Notes: a model not told the origin generated them from the sequence alone. A stretch of 64,000 nucleotides of DNA from Patescibacteria group bacterium (GCA_038063715.1 JBBTUO010000007.1:1540-65539), one strand, 5' to 3'; positions 47,217-57,995 are shown, counted from the first letter of the stretch. Numbers and translations are program-made.

Positions 47217-48179
47217 CTAGATTGCCGAACTTCCGGTACCTGATCCAATCTGACCCTCAGACGGAAGACTGATACAGCTGTAACCAATGTACATCTGACA
47301 CTGAGAACCTGAGGTGTACTCGCCCACAGCATTTAATGTAAAAGGAAGATTGTATCCCATATACATTTGCGTACCGGTGTAATAAGTAAGAAGCACTACG
47401 TATGTAGGAGGAAGTGGGGTGAGCGTAACCAACCAGTTACCACTACAAGTGCAATAAAAGGGAAACAAGATTCTGCCGCCAAAAGGAGTGCCTCCCAAAG
47501 CGTAAACCTTTTTACCCGCAAAAAACTCAGATAGTGTGTTGAGAAATTTTAAAAAACTTTGACCATCGTTAAACGAACTTTGGAGTCCGTACACAGGAAC
47601 ACCAGCTTTCTGCACAGCATCTACAAACTTTTCTTCAGGTTTTTGCACAAGGATATCTTTTTCAGCACCGTCTTTTATGGTCAACAACTGATCCCTGCTA
47701 TATCCCTGTTTTACACCCACCTTATCGAGTGCCTGCAAAAAACTTGCCTGATCAAACTGTACCTTGTTAGTCACAGAAGCGGGTGCAACCAGTGGTGCCT
47801 TAGGGGTCTGAACAGTCGTCACAGGCAACACTGCAGTCGAAGCCGATGACTGTAGAGAGTTCATTTTTACCCTGGTCAACATCCCGACAAAACCAGTTCC
47901 CTGATAAAGGCCGGCAGGAATAAGCACCTCTGTTCTATATTTTTCCTGAAATCTTATAACCGCAAGCTTTGTTAATACTCCAAATCGCTCAGTCTCTTGT
48001 CCGGTTGAACCTGGGCCACTCATTGCAACAGCAGTATAAGAATCTTGATTCAAAAAGCGCTGCAACTCTAGTACCGCCTGACCGGTACTGCCAATCGACA
48101 AATTTTCGGTAAATGTATAGGCAAAAACAACAGAAGGGAAGAGTGTTGAAAGCAGAAAAAATCCTGAGAATAGTTTCAT
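47217..48179 (-). CDS. Secreted protein with peptidoglycan-binding domain and Cys-rich C-terminus
   Basis: LSIGSTGQAVLELQRFLN...FG.LTK.AVIRFQ...GFVG.LTR; CTCS...CQMY...C. Confidence 0.8.
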   Translation of the reverse strand: MKLFSGFFLLSTLFPSVVFAYTFTENLSIGSTGQAVLELQRFLNQDSYTAVAMSGPGSTGQETERFGVLTKLAVIRFQEKYRTEVLIPAGLYQGTGFVGMLTRVKMNSLQSSASTAVLPVTTVQTPKAPLVAPASVTNKVQFDQASFLQALDKVGVKQGYSRDQLLTIKDGAEKDILVQKPEEKFVDAVQKAGVPVYGLQSSFNDGQSFLKFLNTLSEFFAGKKVYALGGTPFGGRILFPFYCTCSGNWLVTLTPLPPTYVVLLTYYTGTQMYMGYNLPFTLNAVGEYTSGSQCQMYIGYSCISLPSEGQIGSGTGSSAI

Positions 48180-48315
48180 AGTAAAATAAGTATACTACAA
48201 ATGCCTACTGTTATGCATTTTGAGGTAACTGTGGAGATGTTTTGGTATTTTATCTGATATAATTAAAGGCAAAGAGCGAGCGCTTCTTGTTGCTTCTCTG
48301 TATTTGTGTAATCAA

Positions 48316-49284
48316 ATGACAACTCCCAGTAAAAAAATACTTCTCACTGCATCAGTCGCGATTGTTGTGATTGCAGGCCTGGTATTTTTTACCCAATTTC
48401 AATCAGAAATCACCTACACAGCTCCCGTAGCGAGCACCGCCACATCAACAGGCACTCTTGAAATAGACACCGATCAAGACGGCCTTAGAGATTGGGAAGA
48501 AGGATTGTGGAAAACAGACCCGATCAACCCTGACACTGACAGTGACGGTACAGAAGACAGCGCAGAAATTAAGCTAAACCGCGATCCGCTTTTGGCAGGC
48601 CCAAACGACAAACTCGACACTGACACGGTAGACAACAAAATCAACCCGGAAACAGAGGCCGACCTCACCGATACGGACAAGTTCTCACGCGAGCTCTTTG
48701 TGAAAATTATCGCCGCCGGTCAAGCCGAAAACCCGCCCACCGAAACGGACTTCCAAAACTTCTTAAATTCCACTATTCAAAACCAGGTCGTCACGCAAAA
48801 GGCGAGATCCTACACCTCAGCAGATTTTTCTGTGGACAACGAAGAAACGCCAGCAAAAATAAAGGCCTATGGCAATGCACTGGCTACAATTCTAAAAACT
48901 CCCCCTACTAAAAAATTTGAATACGAAATCAACATCGTAGAGAGAGCGCAAGAAAAAAAAGACCCAGAAATCTTGAAGCAACTAGAGCCGAACATAAGCG
49001 CTTACGCTAATCTTGAGAATACTCTGCTTAAAATGACAGTGCCTAAAAGCGCTCTGCCAGTTCATATAGCACTTACCAACGGCGCAGCTGGTATGGCATG
49101 GAGCATTACCGGGCTTTCCTATATTTTAACCGATCCAATAAAAGCATTACCCGGTGTTGCAGGGTATGGAGAAAATTTTCAGGCTTTTATCAAGAGTCTA
49201 GGTGGCTTCAATAAATATTTTATAAGCTCAAAAGTAATTTTTCAACAAAACGATGCTGGCTACCACTTCTTTGATGCGATATAA
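48316..49284 (+). CDS. Membrane-anchored protein with Ca-binding thrombospondin type 3-like repeats
   Basis: DTDQDGLRDWEE...TDPINPDTDSDGTEDSAE. Confidence 0.8.
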   Translation: MTTPSKKILLTASVAIVVIAGLVFFTQFQSEITYTAPVASTATSTGTLEIDTDQDGLRDWEEGLWKTDPINPDTDSDGTEDSAEIKLNRDPLLAGPNDKLDTDTVDNKINPETEADLTDTDKFSRELFVKIIAAGQAENPPTETDFQNFLNSTIQNQVVTQKARSYTSADFSVDNEETPAKIKAYGNALATILKTPPTKKFEYEINIVERAQEKKDPEILKQLEPNISAYANLENTLLKMTVPKSALPVHIALTNGAAGMAWSITGLSYILTDPIKALPGVAGYGENFQAFIKSLGGFNKYFISSKVIFQQNDAGYHFFDAI

Positions 49285-49328
49285 TTAAGCAAAGGCAATC
49301 GACAATGGTCGAGGTGCCACAATTTCTC

Positions 49329-51764
49329 ATGAACAAAAGTTGGAAACATCATATTCTAGTAACAATAATATCCTTACTCGTTGCTCTGCCGACTTTAGTT
49401 GGTTTTAGTGAAAAAGCAAACGCTGAAGCCACAGCGTGTTTGGCAGGAATCATCAGTGGTATTACCTCAGCAATGAGTGGTGGAATTGGCAATGTCGCTA
49501 CTGTCCCCGTAGGCGACTCCGCGACTCTAAACTCGACCGCGCAGACCTCTGGACAAACAACAGGATCTACAATCCAACGCTGTGTAGTCGAACCGCTCGT
49601 TACCGTGATGGCTCGCTCACTTCTTGAAAACTTTACCGCCCAGACAGTGCGTTGGATAAACTCAGGATTTCAGGGGAGCCCTATGTATGTCACCAACATT
49701 CAAGGGTTCTTTGGCGATGTCGCCGACCAGGCAGCTGGACAATTCATTGCTGGTCTTGGACCAATTGGCCAAATGCTCTGTAGTCCATTCGATCTTCAAC
49801 TTCGCCTATCACTCGGCCTACAATATTCCTCAAATTACCGGCAGCTTATTGGCTGTCGACTCTCTGACATCCAAAACAACGTCCAAAGAGCCTTCACCGG
49901 AGGTCAATTCGGAAGAAACGGCTGGGACAACTGGATTAATCTTACCGCTACACCACAAAACAACATTTACGGTTCTTACTTGAAAGCCACAGAGGCAATC
50001 GACCTGAAAATCGGTAATACTCAGATTAGCCTTGGCAAACAACTTGATTTCGGCAAAGGCTTTCTATCATCAAAAGACGCAAACGGAAACATCACAACAC
50101 CAGGATCAATCATCGAGGGCCAGCTCGACAAGACCTTGTACCAACCTCTACAAAACATCGGCCTGGCAAAGGATATTGATGCAATCTTGAATGCGTTGGT
50201 AGGACAAATGATAAACCAAGTTATGGGTGGTATTGGTGGTCTCATGGGGGCAAGCAACTCGTCCGCTGGTGGGGGACAGTCTGCTGTAGACCGGGGTATC
50301 AATCAGACAGTGACCGCTCTAATGCAACAAAACAGCCAATCACAAATTTTACCGTCTGGTTTTATTATGAATACAGGTACGGGAACACTAAATCCTACAG
50401 GAAGCGCTACTGGACCGACCCCAATATCATTCTGCTATCAGTTCAGTCAAAACATTTACGGCACCAACGCCGACCCACAAAGACCTGGTGATGTCTACGT
50501 AAAAGTAAACGGAGTGACAAATCCAAGCGCCCTTCAAACAATTACCTCTAAAATTGTCAACGCAACAACTGTTCCTTGGACCGTTTCTGACTACAACAGT
50601 ATTTATACATACTGCCAAAACGTGAACCGAACATCTGTATTAAGTGCCGGAACTAACGCCTTTACGGGCCAGGTAGAAGATATCATTGGTAACCAAGCGT
50701 CTTCCACCCCAGCAAATCCAACACTGACAAATCAAAACTTAACCAGACTCCCCGGAGTGACAGCTAAACAATCCAGTACATACCTAGGCTGGAATTATTA
50801 CCCAGAAGCCAGAATCGCAATTGATGGTCAGACCTACGGTAGCTCAAACTATGGCTTAGCTATGACGCAAGCTCGAGCGGATCAATGGTGGCAGGTGGAT
50901 TTGGGTAACACTAAACAAATCGGTACGATTAAAATATATCGCGAGCCAAACGGTAATTACTTGAGCTATCCGTTCCATGTATTTGTGTTAAACAGCGACC
51001 CAGATGATGTGCCGCTCGACGCGTTTTTGGTTGGCAGCGCCCAAAATACAGTTGTATCTCACACTTTTGTTCCCGACCCGACTGCCATGACTGCTTTCGG
51101 CACAAACGGTAGCAACTTCATGACCCTAAACTTGGGTAATGTTTCTGGGAGATTTGTTCGCGTTACACAATCTGTTGGAAGCTATGTCGGTCTGGCGGAA
51201 GTAGAGATATTTTCGCCGACAACTGGAACTAGTGCGGGAGGCCCAGCTCAACCACCTATATACTTTTCGTCTCCAGAAATTGACCGGACAGCAACACCTT
51301 TGAGCCGAATGGGTACATTTGAAAACTCGGTATTCCTAGTAGCAAACGAGGATCTGTCCGACCTAAGGGCTAAAATGACAATTGCCAAAATTGGTTATAG
51401 CTATAACCAAGGGGTGCCGGGATTCCCTACAATCTTTAGAACCTTAAATGTCACCTCAACTCGAGTGCAGACCTCAGAACAAATTGAAAACACAGACATA
51501 GTAGTACTAAATACCATCGGGTGCGGTGGGTGGCAGCAAACCTGTAACGGGAAAATAAACCCAATATTTGGACTCAACAACCTGCTCAACCCTGTCACTT
51601 ATGACCAAGCCTTATCAGTAGTTGCGGGACAACAAATTCAAATGGTGCAAAGCGGTATTATTTCTAGCCTTGCCACTTCAGGCACTTACAGAATTACACT
51701 AGACATTACGACTGCTGGCGGGAGTCTTCTGGCCAGTCAAAAAATAACGTTCAGTATTCAATAA
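49329..51764 (+). CDS. Large secreted T4SS-locus protein with F5/8 type C (discoidin/fucolectin-like) domain
   Basis: WINSGF.G.P, GFLS, TPG motifs; AKQSSTY...AIDG...WWQVDLG...GRFVRV...LAEVEIF. Confidence 0.72.
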   Translation: MNKSWKHHILVTIISLLVALPTLVGFSEKANAEATACLAGIISGITSAMSGGIGNVATVPVGDSATLNSTAQTSGQTTGSTIQRCVVEPLVTVMARSLLENFTAQTVRWINSGFQGSPMYVTNIQGFFGDVADQAAGQFIAGLGPIGQMLCSPFDLQLRLSLGLQYSSNYRQLIGCRLSDIQNNVQRAFTGGQFGRNGWDNWINLTATPQNNIYGSYLKATEAIDLKIGNTQISLGKQLDFGKGFLSSKDANGNITTPGSIIEGQLDKTLYQPLQNIGLAKDIDAILNALVGQMINQVMGGIGGLMGASNSSAGGGQSAVDRGINQTVTALMQQNSQSQILPSGFIMNTGTGTLNPTGSATGPTPISFCYQFSQNIYGTNADPQRPGDVYVKVNGVTNPSALQTITSKIVNATTVPWTVSDYNSIYTYCQNVNRTSVLSAGTNAFTGQVEDIIGNQASSTPANPTLTNQNLTRLPGVTAKQSSTYLGWNYYPEARIAIDGQTYGSSNYGLAMTQARADQWWQVDLGNTKQIGTIKIYREPNGNYLSYPFHVFVLNSDPDDVPLDAFLVGSAQNTVVSHTFVPDPTAMTAFGTNGSNFMTLNLGNVSGRFVRVTQSVGSYVGLAEVEIFSPTTGTSAGGPAQPPIYFSSPEIDRTATPLSRMGTFENSVFLVANEDLSDLRAKMTIAKIGYSYNQGVPGFPTIFRTLNVTSTRVQTSEQIENTDIVVLNTIGCGGWQQTCNGKINPIFGLNNLLNPVTYDQALSVVAGQQIQMVQSGIISSLATSGTYRITLDITTAGGSLLASQKITFSIQ

Positions 51765-51767
51765 CAA

Positions 51768-54700
51768 ATGAGCAATAAGCAGTTTATTAAGAAAATATTC
51801 CTAGGAATTCTGTTTAGTATTATTTTACTCGCGCCCCTAGGTAATGGGGCGGCGGTTTTTGCCCAAACAACTGGTTTTAACCCTCTCGAAGGAGGGGTAG
51901 CCGACCCTGTAGATCCTGATTTTCAAGATGGGGGGCAGTACGACCCTAACACCGTCCCATCAACACCTAACCAGGGTGGTCAAGCTGGTGCAAGCGATAA
52001 CAAGACCAACCCAAAACCTGGCCCACAAACGCAGGGTTGTATAAGAACCACTCTGGGAGTGATGAGCGGAATCAATATTAATGCCTGTGTCGGACAGCTT
52101 CTAAACCTCTGGATGTGGCTCGTCGCGTGGTCACTATTTCTCGCGGGCCTAATTCTAGACACGTCGCTCTATTTCACCATCCACCTAAAAGAACTCATGG
52201 CTAGTGTGCCGACTGTCAGAATAGGCTGGACAATTTTTCGAGATCTCTCAAACATCTTCTTCATCTTTATTCTCCTGTGGGTGTCAATTGGTACAATCTT
52301 GGGTATCGTTGGTGGCAAAACCAAAGAAATTATCGTCAATTTAATTGTGGTTGCGCTTTTAATAAACTTTAGCCTTTTCATAACCCAGGCTGTAGTAGAC
52401 GCTTCAAACATTGTGGCTATTCACTTTTACAATCTAATCGTACCGGCACCCAATGGATCAAATTTAAATCCATTCGGTAGTGGTAGCTTCTCTGGAGCAT
52501 TCATGCAGGGTCTAAAAATCCAGACAATATATGACCCATCAGGGACCGGAGCTGGGGCAGTGGGCACAGGTGTTGGTGGGGCCTTTGATGTATTGCTTAA
52601 AGGTGCGAGTGGTACGGCACTAGACATACTGAAAATTATCTTTATGGGTGTTTTCGGCAGTATTCTCATGCTTACCGCGGCTTATGTTTTCGTTGTGGCT
52701 GCAGTTCTGTTTATCATCCGTATTGTCGTGCTTATGTTCTTAATGATGCTCTCACCTTTAGCGTTTTTATGCTTCGTTTTACCAGCAACCGAAAAATATG
52801 CTGAGGAGTGGAAAGAAAAACTTATTAGCCAATCGTTATTTGCGCCAATCTATCTCGCACTATCCTTTGTTGTGGTGAAAACAATACAAACCCCTGAATT
52901 TCAGGCGATTCTAGCATTAAACACGGGTGTTGGACCTGGTGGGATCTTCACATCAGCCGGAGGAATACTTATAAACTTCCTTCTTTTAATTGGTTTAATG
53001 GTTGGTTGTATTTTTGTCGCCAAGAAAATGGAGGCTGTCGGAGAGGAACTTGCGCTGGGTGCGGGGTCAAAGTTTATTACAAGCGCCTTGCAAGGCAAGC
53101 ATCTTTCGGCACCCTTCAGTGGAGCAGCTTACGGCGGTAAATGGCTCGGTGAGAAACTTCAAAAGAATAGTTTTACAAAAAGTTTTGGTGAAAAACTATA
53201 TACCGGATCAATGGCTCTAGATAAAACGACAGAGTCAATGAGAAAAAAGATTGACATGAATGAGCTTGATAAGAAATTTGGGGAAAGTGGCTTTGGAAAT
53301 ACATCTCTCGGTAGTTTACTTCGCGAACAAACAACAGGCAGAATAACCCATGCCAAATTCGGCGGAGAGGAATCTCTGCATGAAAAACATGAAGAAGATA
53401 TAAAACGACAAGAAAGGCAGGATGAGATTGGAAAAAAGAACTATGCGCTGCAGCTTTCCGAAGAAGCAAAAAAGGCCCTGAAAGACTTTGAGGAATCGAA
53501 AATAGTAAAAAAGCCTTCGATTGCTGATTTTACTGATGCCAATAACATGTTTGACCCGGTAGGTTATGATAGGGCAGCACAAAAGATGGAGGACGAGCGA
53601 AAAATAAAAGAGGCGGAGTTGAAAAAGATATCCGATGAAGCCGAGGCGAGTTATGCTACAGCAACTGGCTTTATATCACCACAGGGTTTTGCAGAAATGG
53701 GTGAACATGACATACATTCCTTGGCAAAACATGCCAGCCTTGGCCAAATTGACGCGGTAATGAAATCAACAGAGTGGACACTTGATGAGAAGAGAGAGAT
53801 GCTTGGGCCTAAGTTCGATTCGTATGTTTCTGAATTTAAGGAACTCGATAAAAAAACCGATGCGTACGAAGCAGATCAAAAAGAATTGGAACGACTTATC
53901 GTTGCAGGAGAGATCAGAATTGATGGTGAAGACGGAAGTGTCATTGAGGACGCAACTCAAAAAATTGTTGGCGGCAATATAGAGGTAAACGGCGTTATTA
54001 AATGCAAAAAACCGGTTGCGCCAGGTCTGCCTTCCCACCTAAAGGGTTGGGCCAGAAACGACATGACAGTTCATGGATATGAACTTTTGTACCAATTAGT
54101 GCCCGGGGCTTTAAAAAGTCGCTCACTGATTGGAGCGACTCGACACGGCTTTACACACAAGGAATTAAGATTCAATAACAACTTAAGTTACGCCGACAGA
54201 AACGAACTTTCACTTATAAAAGATGTGAAAATTAGAAGGTTTACTGACAAAAAAGATCCTAATTTCTTCGCGTCAAATACTGATGACGAACGACAGATAG
54301 CTTTCAATGAAGCGAAGGCTGAGGCTCAAACGCTTTTGGCAGCTATACCAGGAGCTACAGATGAGCAAAAATCTGCAATTTGGGATAAAGAGTGGGCAAA
54401 GGCAAGATCAAAACACCTTCAAAGAGATGTTATTATTGAAAAGGGTATGAAGGAGTGGGCGTCGGGACGCAGTGCAGATGAGATTGCGGCGGCAAGAGGT
54501 ATATTCAGAAACTCGGCGGCACTACACACCCTTGTTGACAAAGGAATCGCAGGAAAGTGGGAGGGTAAAGACTCAGAAGATATCGTCTTTTTGCTACGAG
54601 ATCTTGTTAGGTCATACAAAGCAGAAAAGGAGGGTAAGGGTGTAATGACATTGGAAAATCGTAAGGCCCTTGAATCAATCCTATATGATCCTCGCAACAA

Positions 54701-54869
54701 AATGCAGATACCCACACTCACCGAATCAGAGATCAGAAAAGGGGTGGACGATGTTGGGGGGGCTTCGGGTAATGGTGACGTAGCCGAACTTGAAACTTTA
54801 CTCAAGCAGCTGCGAAAGAACCCGCCAAGACCAAATTTAAAGCTAGACTCAGCAATAGACCAACTATAA
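51768..54869 (+). CDS. VirB6/TrbL-like polytopic membrane protein with long soluble C-terminal tail
   Basis: GWTIFRDLSN.FFIFILL, LIVVALLINFS, RIVVL...SPLAF...LP....W. Confidence 0.78.
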   Translation: MSNKQFIKKIFLGILFSIILLAPLGNGAAVFAQTTGFNPLEGGVADPVDPDFQDGGQYDPNTVPSTPNQGGQAGASDNKTNPKPGPQTQGCIRTTLGVMSGININACVGQLLNLWMWLVAWSLFLAGLILDTSLYFTIHLKELMASVPTVRIGWTIFRDLSNIFFIFILLWVSIGTILGIVGGKTKEIIVNLIVVALLINFSLFITQAVVDASNIVAIHFYNLIVPAPNGSNLNPFGSGSFSGAFMQGLKIQTIYDPSGTGAGAVGTGVGGAFDVLLKGASGTALDILKIIFMGVFGSILMLTAAYVFVVAAVLFIIRIVVLMFLMMLSPLAFLCFVLPATEKYAEEWKEKLISQSLFAPIYLALSFVVVKTIQTPEFQAILALNTGVGPGGIFTSAGGILINFLLLIGLMVGCIFVAKKMEAVGEELALGAGSKFITSALQGKHLSAPFSGAAYGGKWLGEKLQKNSFTKSFGEKLYTGSMALDKTTESMRKKIDMNELDKKFGESGFGNTSLGSLLREQTTGRITHAKFGGEESLHEKHEEDIKRQERQDEIGKKNYALQLSEEAKKALKDFEESKIVKKPSIADFTDANNMFDPVGYDRAAQKMEDERKIKEAELKKISDEAEASYATATGFISPQGFAEMGEHDIHSLAKHASLGQIDAVMKSTEWTLDEKREMLGPKFDSYVSEFKELDKKTDAYEADQKELERLIVAGEIRIDGEDGSVIEDATQKIVGGNIEVNGVIKCKKPVAPGLPSHLKGWARNDMTVHGYELLYQLVPGALKSRSLIGATRHGFTHKELRFNNNLSYADRNELSLIKDVKIRRFTDKKDPNFFASNTDDERQIAFNEAKAEAQTLLAAIPGATDEQKSAIWDKEWAKARSKHLQRDVIIEKGMKEWASGRSADEIAAARGIFRNSAALHTLVDKGIAGKWEGKDSEDIVFLLRDLVRSYKAEKEGKGVMTLENRKALESILYDPRNKMQIPTLTESEIRKGVDDVGGASGNGDVAELETLLKQLRKNPPRPNLKLDSAIDQL

Positions 54870-54911
54870 TTGCTTTGGGAATGTAGAAACGAAAATAGTA
54901 AAGCATAGAAA

Positions 54912-56654
54912 ATGCCCATGTCATACACAGATCAAAAAGAAAATCTTAATAAAACCGTCTGGCGATTAGTACCGAACGCACCGTCGGTTTTATCTGATGA
55001 CCCCGATTTCCTGATAGAAGAGGTCAGTGAGGTTTTCAACCTAACTATGGGAGAAATCGGTGAACTTTGCGAACTTGTCAGACAAGTTATCACAAAGGAA
55101 TTGCCGGTTGAAAAATTTGGTGAGGGCTTGAAAGAAAAACTGGACGAAGAGAACCGATCAAGAGTAGGGGAGATCGTGTGGGAAGTGAATGACAAAGTAT
55201 TCGTAAAGCTTTTGCCAGTACTCGGGATGAAGGCGTTACCAATCGTAGCAAGACCAGCCGCACCAGTAGCACCTGTTACCGAGCCAGCAACAACCCCAGA
55301 AGTAACAAAAACCCGTCCATCTGATGGGCCGACCTCTTCATCTCAAACCGCACCAGTTTTCCAAACAACTAAAAGCTCACAACTAAAAACCGCTCTGCCT
55401 GTCCCTCCCCGCACCGTCCCGCTATCAACTAACAACTATCAACTAAAGACTGTCTCTAACCCTTACCGCCTACCGACAGCTCCTCCCACCTTTGCCGCCC
55501 CAGTTTCTCAGCTCTCCTCCCCGCTCCCGACCCCTAAACCATCAACTGTCGACTATCAACCACCAACTAATACTGTCACCCCGACCCCAATCATCCCGAA
55601 GCCTCGCCCTCAATTTATCGCTCCAAAACTATCCTCCCCAGTCTCTACCCGGGCCAATTTTTCTCCCTCCAAGCCTGCTTCTCCAGTTCCCATCAGAATT
55701 CAAACCCCTTCAAACTCAACTCCAAACCCTCGACCATCTCTCGTTGAGCCTTCCCACAAAAGTCTTTCAGAAAATCCTACTGACTCGTTCCTAAAAATGC
55801 TCTCAGGAAAACTGAGCGAGAAAGAATTACAAACTCGTTTTGATAAATTACCCTATGCACTGAAAACTGCCCTCCGCAGTGTGGATTCGGCGCGAGTAGT
55901 AGTAGACATTGGAAGAAAGTATGCTTTGCACGTAGACAAACTCGGCGAGCTTGGAGAAGAGACCGGTCTTGTGATACTTGGAATCACTCATCCAGGAGAA
56001 TTTCTTGGTCGTCTAAGCAGAAAACTAGGTGTTAGTGAAGACAAAACCCGACTTATCGCACAGGAAATCAATACTGAAATCCTCCTAAAAATCCGTGACG
56101 CTCTAAAACAGGTCAACGGTGAACCGATACTCGCAAGACAGCCATCAACTGAATCATCAACAAAAAGAGAAATGCAACAACAAAATCCAAGCACAAACAA
56201 AGGTTCGACCTTTGTAAAAAAGGAAAGGGAGGAGATTCCAAGTCGCGAATCTCTCCTGAAAGACATTGAGGACCCCGCCTTACCGCAGGAATATGAGAGT
56301 ATGCCAAATCGTGACTCACTATTAAGGGATATTGAAAACCCAACACCGACAAACTACACGCCGATGCGCTCTCAAAGCATGTCCTACGCCCCTGAGCCCC
56401 CTCGTGATATTCCACCGCCCGTTCCACAAATAGCCGAGGAAGCTCCTGAACCAGTGGCCCAAGCCCAAACAGTGGTAACTCCCGTACAGGTTACGCCAAT
56501 TAAGACCCGCCCAACCGAGGTGGCGCCTGAGCCAACTAGCACTACTCCTGACACCCCTAAAAACATTGTGGATCAGAAACTTTCCAATACGGTTGTGTCG
56601 CCGAAATCGCAAAGTAGTTATTCGAGTGATCCGTATCGTGAACCGCTTAGTTAA
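54912..56654 (+). CDS. Pro/Thr/Ser-rich hypothetical protein
   Basis: Low-complexity linkers; helical repeats (IGRKYALHVD...); C-terminal DPYREP. Confidence 0.75.
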   Translation: MPMSYTDQKENLNKTVWRLVPNAPSVLSDDPDFLIEEVSEVFNLTMGEIGELCELVRQVITKELPVEKFGEGLKEKLDEENRSRVGEIVWEVNDKVFVKLLPVLGMKALPIVARPAAPVAPVTEPATTPEVTKTRPSDGPTSSSQTAPVFQTTKSSQLKTALPVPPRTVPLSTNNYQLKTVSNPYRLPTAPPTFAAPVSQLSSPLPTPKPSTVDYQPPTNTVTPTPIIPKPRPQFIAPKLSSPVSTRANFSPSKPASPVPIRIQTPSNSTPNPRPSLVEPSHKSLSENPTDSFLKMLSGKLSEKELQTRFDKLPYALKTALRSVDSARVVVDIGRKYALHVDKLGELGEETGLVILGITHPGEFLGRLSRKLGVSEDKTRLIAQEINTEILLKIRDALKQVNGEPILARQPSTESSTKREMQQQNPSTNKGSTFVKKEREEIPSRESLLKDIEDPALPQEYESMPNRDSLLRDIENPTPTNYTPMRSQSMSYAPEPPRDIPPPVPQIAEEAPEPVAQAQTVVTPVQVTPIKTRPTEVAPEPTSTTPDTPKNIVDQKLSNTVVSPKSQSSYSSDPYREPLS

Positions 56655-56657
56655 ATT

Positions 56658-56771
56658 ATACGAAAATACGAATGAAGACGAATATACGAACATATACGAA
56701 AGGGGAAGGGGTGCGAGATTCATTTTTCGTGACCATTTCGTATATTCGTACAATTCGTATTTTCGTATATT
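56658..56771. repeat. 8-bp-period inverted repeat element (TACGAA left arm, TTCGTA right arm)
   Basis: ATACGAAAATACGAAT...ATACGAACATATACGAA ... TTTCGTATATTCGTACAATTCGTATTTTCGTAT. Confidence 0.85.
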
Positions 56772-56776
56772 AATTT

Positions 56777-57208
56777 ATGAGATTTCAAGTCCCCCAATTC
56801 ATCGAGGTTGAAGATAAAATCTTCGGCCCGCTCACATTAAAACAGTTCATCTACCTAGCCGGTGGGGGAGGGTTGTCATTTGTGATATATACCTATCTAA
56901 ACTTTTTTATTGCCATATTTTTAATTGTTCCTATAGTAATTCTTGCTGTTGCCCTCGCGTTTTACAAAGTAAATAACCGCGGATTTATAAACGTACTGGA
57001 GTCTGGTTTTCAATATATTCTTTCCAACAAACTCTACATCTGGAAAAAAATGCCCAAAAAACCTGACGCCAAAACTCAAGAGCAAGCCTCTGCAACACCC
57101 GTGTATGTTCCAAAACTTTCTGATAGTAAACTCAAGGATTTAACGTGGAGTTTGGATATCAATGACAGTACTAACCCAGGAGCGTCGGAAACCATGCATA
57201 GCCGCTAG
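56777..57208 (+). CDS. PrgI family (VirB3-like) protein
   Basis: MRFQVPQFIEVEDKIFGPLTLKQF plus two TMs. Confidence 0.9.
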   Translation: MRFQVPQFIEVEDKIFGPLTLKQFIYLAGGGGLSFVIYTYLNFFIAIFLIVPIVILAVALAFYKVNNRGFINVLESGFQYILSNKLYIWKKMPKKPDAKTQEQASATPVYVPKLSDSKLKDLTWSLDINDSTNPGASETMHSR

Positions 57209-57227
57209 ACACAAAGGTGCATGCGTC

Positions 57228-57300
57228 AATTTCTAAGTCCTAATATCTAATTTCTAATCAAAGATCTGGGTTAGATATTAGAAATTATAATTTAGAAATT
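57228..57300. repeat. 7-bp-period inverted repeat element
   Basis: AATTTCTAAGTCCTAATATCTAATTTCTAA ... TTAGATATTAGAAATTATAATTTAGAAATT. Confidence 0.85.
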
Positions 57301-57341
57301 TTGCACAATTCACCAGTAGATATATCTGATATAATAAATCA

Positions 57342-57995
57342 ATGGCAACCAGTGCAAACAGCAAGGCCACGCAGGAATTCGTCCCCATCAAAGAAGTCCG
57401 GGATGGGATTGTCGTTCTGAAGGACGGCTCTTTTCGTGCCGTGCTCATGACCTCATCCTTAAACTTCGCGCTGAAATCGGAAGAGAACCAAAATGCAATT
57501 ATTTCACAATTTCAAAATTTTCTAAACTCTCTTGATTTCTCTATACAACTTTTCATTCAATCGAGAAGGCTCGATATCAGACCCTACATCGGACTACTAG
57601 AAGGGCGTTACAAAGAGCAAGCTACCGACCTAATGAAAATTCAAACTCGGGAATACATAGAATTCATAAAGAATTTTACTGAAAACTCGAGCATAATGAC
57701 GAAAACCTTTTTTGTCGTCGTGCCGTATGCATCTGCACCAATCCAAGCGCAGGGGGGCGTGGTGGAAATGGCAGGTAAGTTTATGACGCGGAAAACCGCA
57801 GAAGAGAAGGTTCAGAAAAAACAAGATACATTTGAAGAAAACCGTAGCCAGCTCTTACAGAGAATGTCTGTTGTTGAACAAGGTTTAATGCGGTGCGGTA
57901 TACGAGGGGTTCAGCTCGGCACCGAGGAAGTGGTAGAATTGTTTTATAAGATTTTCAACCCGGGCGATACCGAGAAGCCGATACAGATAAACTAG
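57342..57995 (+). CDS. TraC-like / VirB4-accessory T4SS protein
   Basis: TQEFVPI.EVRDG, NFALKSEENQ...FLNSLDF.IQ. Confidence 0.78.
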   Translation: MATSANSKATQEFVPIKEVRDGIVVLKDGSFRAVLMTSSLNFALKSEENQNAIISQFQNFLNSLDFSIQLFIQSRRLDIRPYIGLLEGRYKEQATDLMKIQTREYIEFIKNFTENSSIMTKTFFVVVPYASAPIQAQGGVVEMAGKFMTRKTAEEKVQKKQDTFEENRSQLLQRMSVVEQGLMRCGIRGVQLGTEEVVELFYKIFNPGDTEKPIQIN

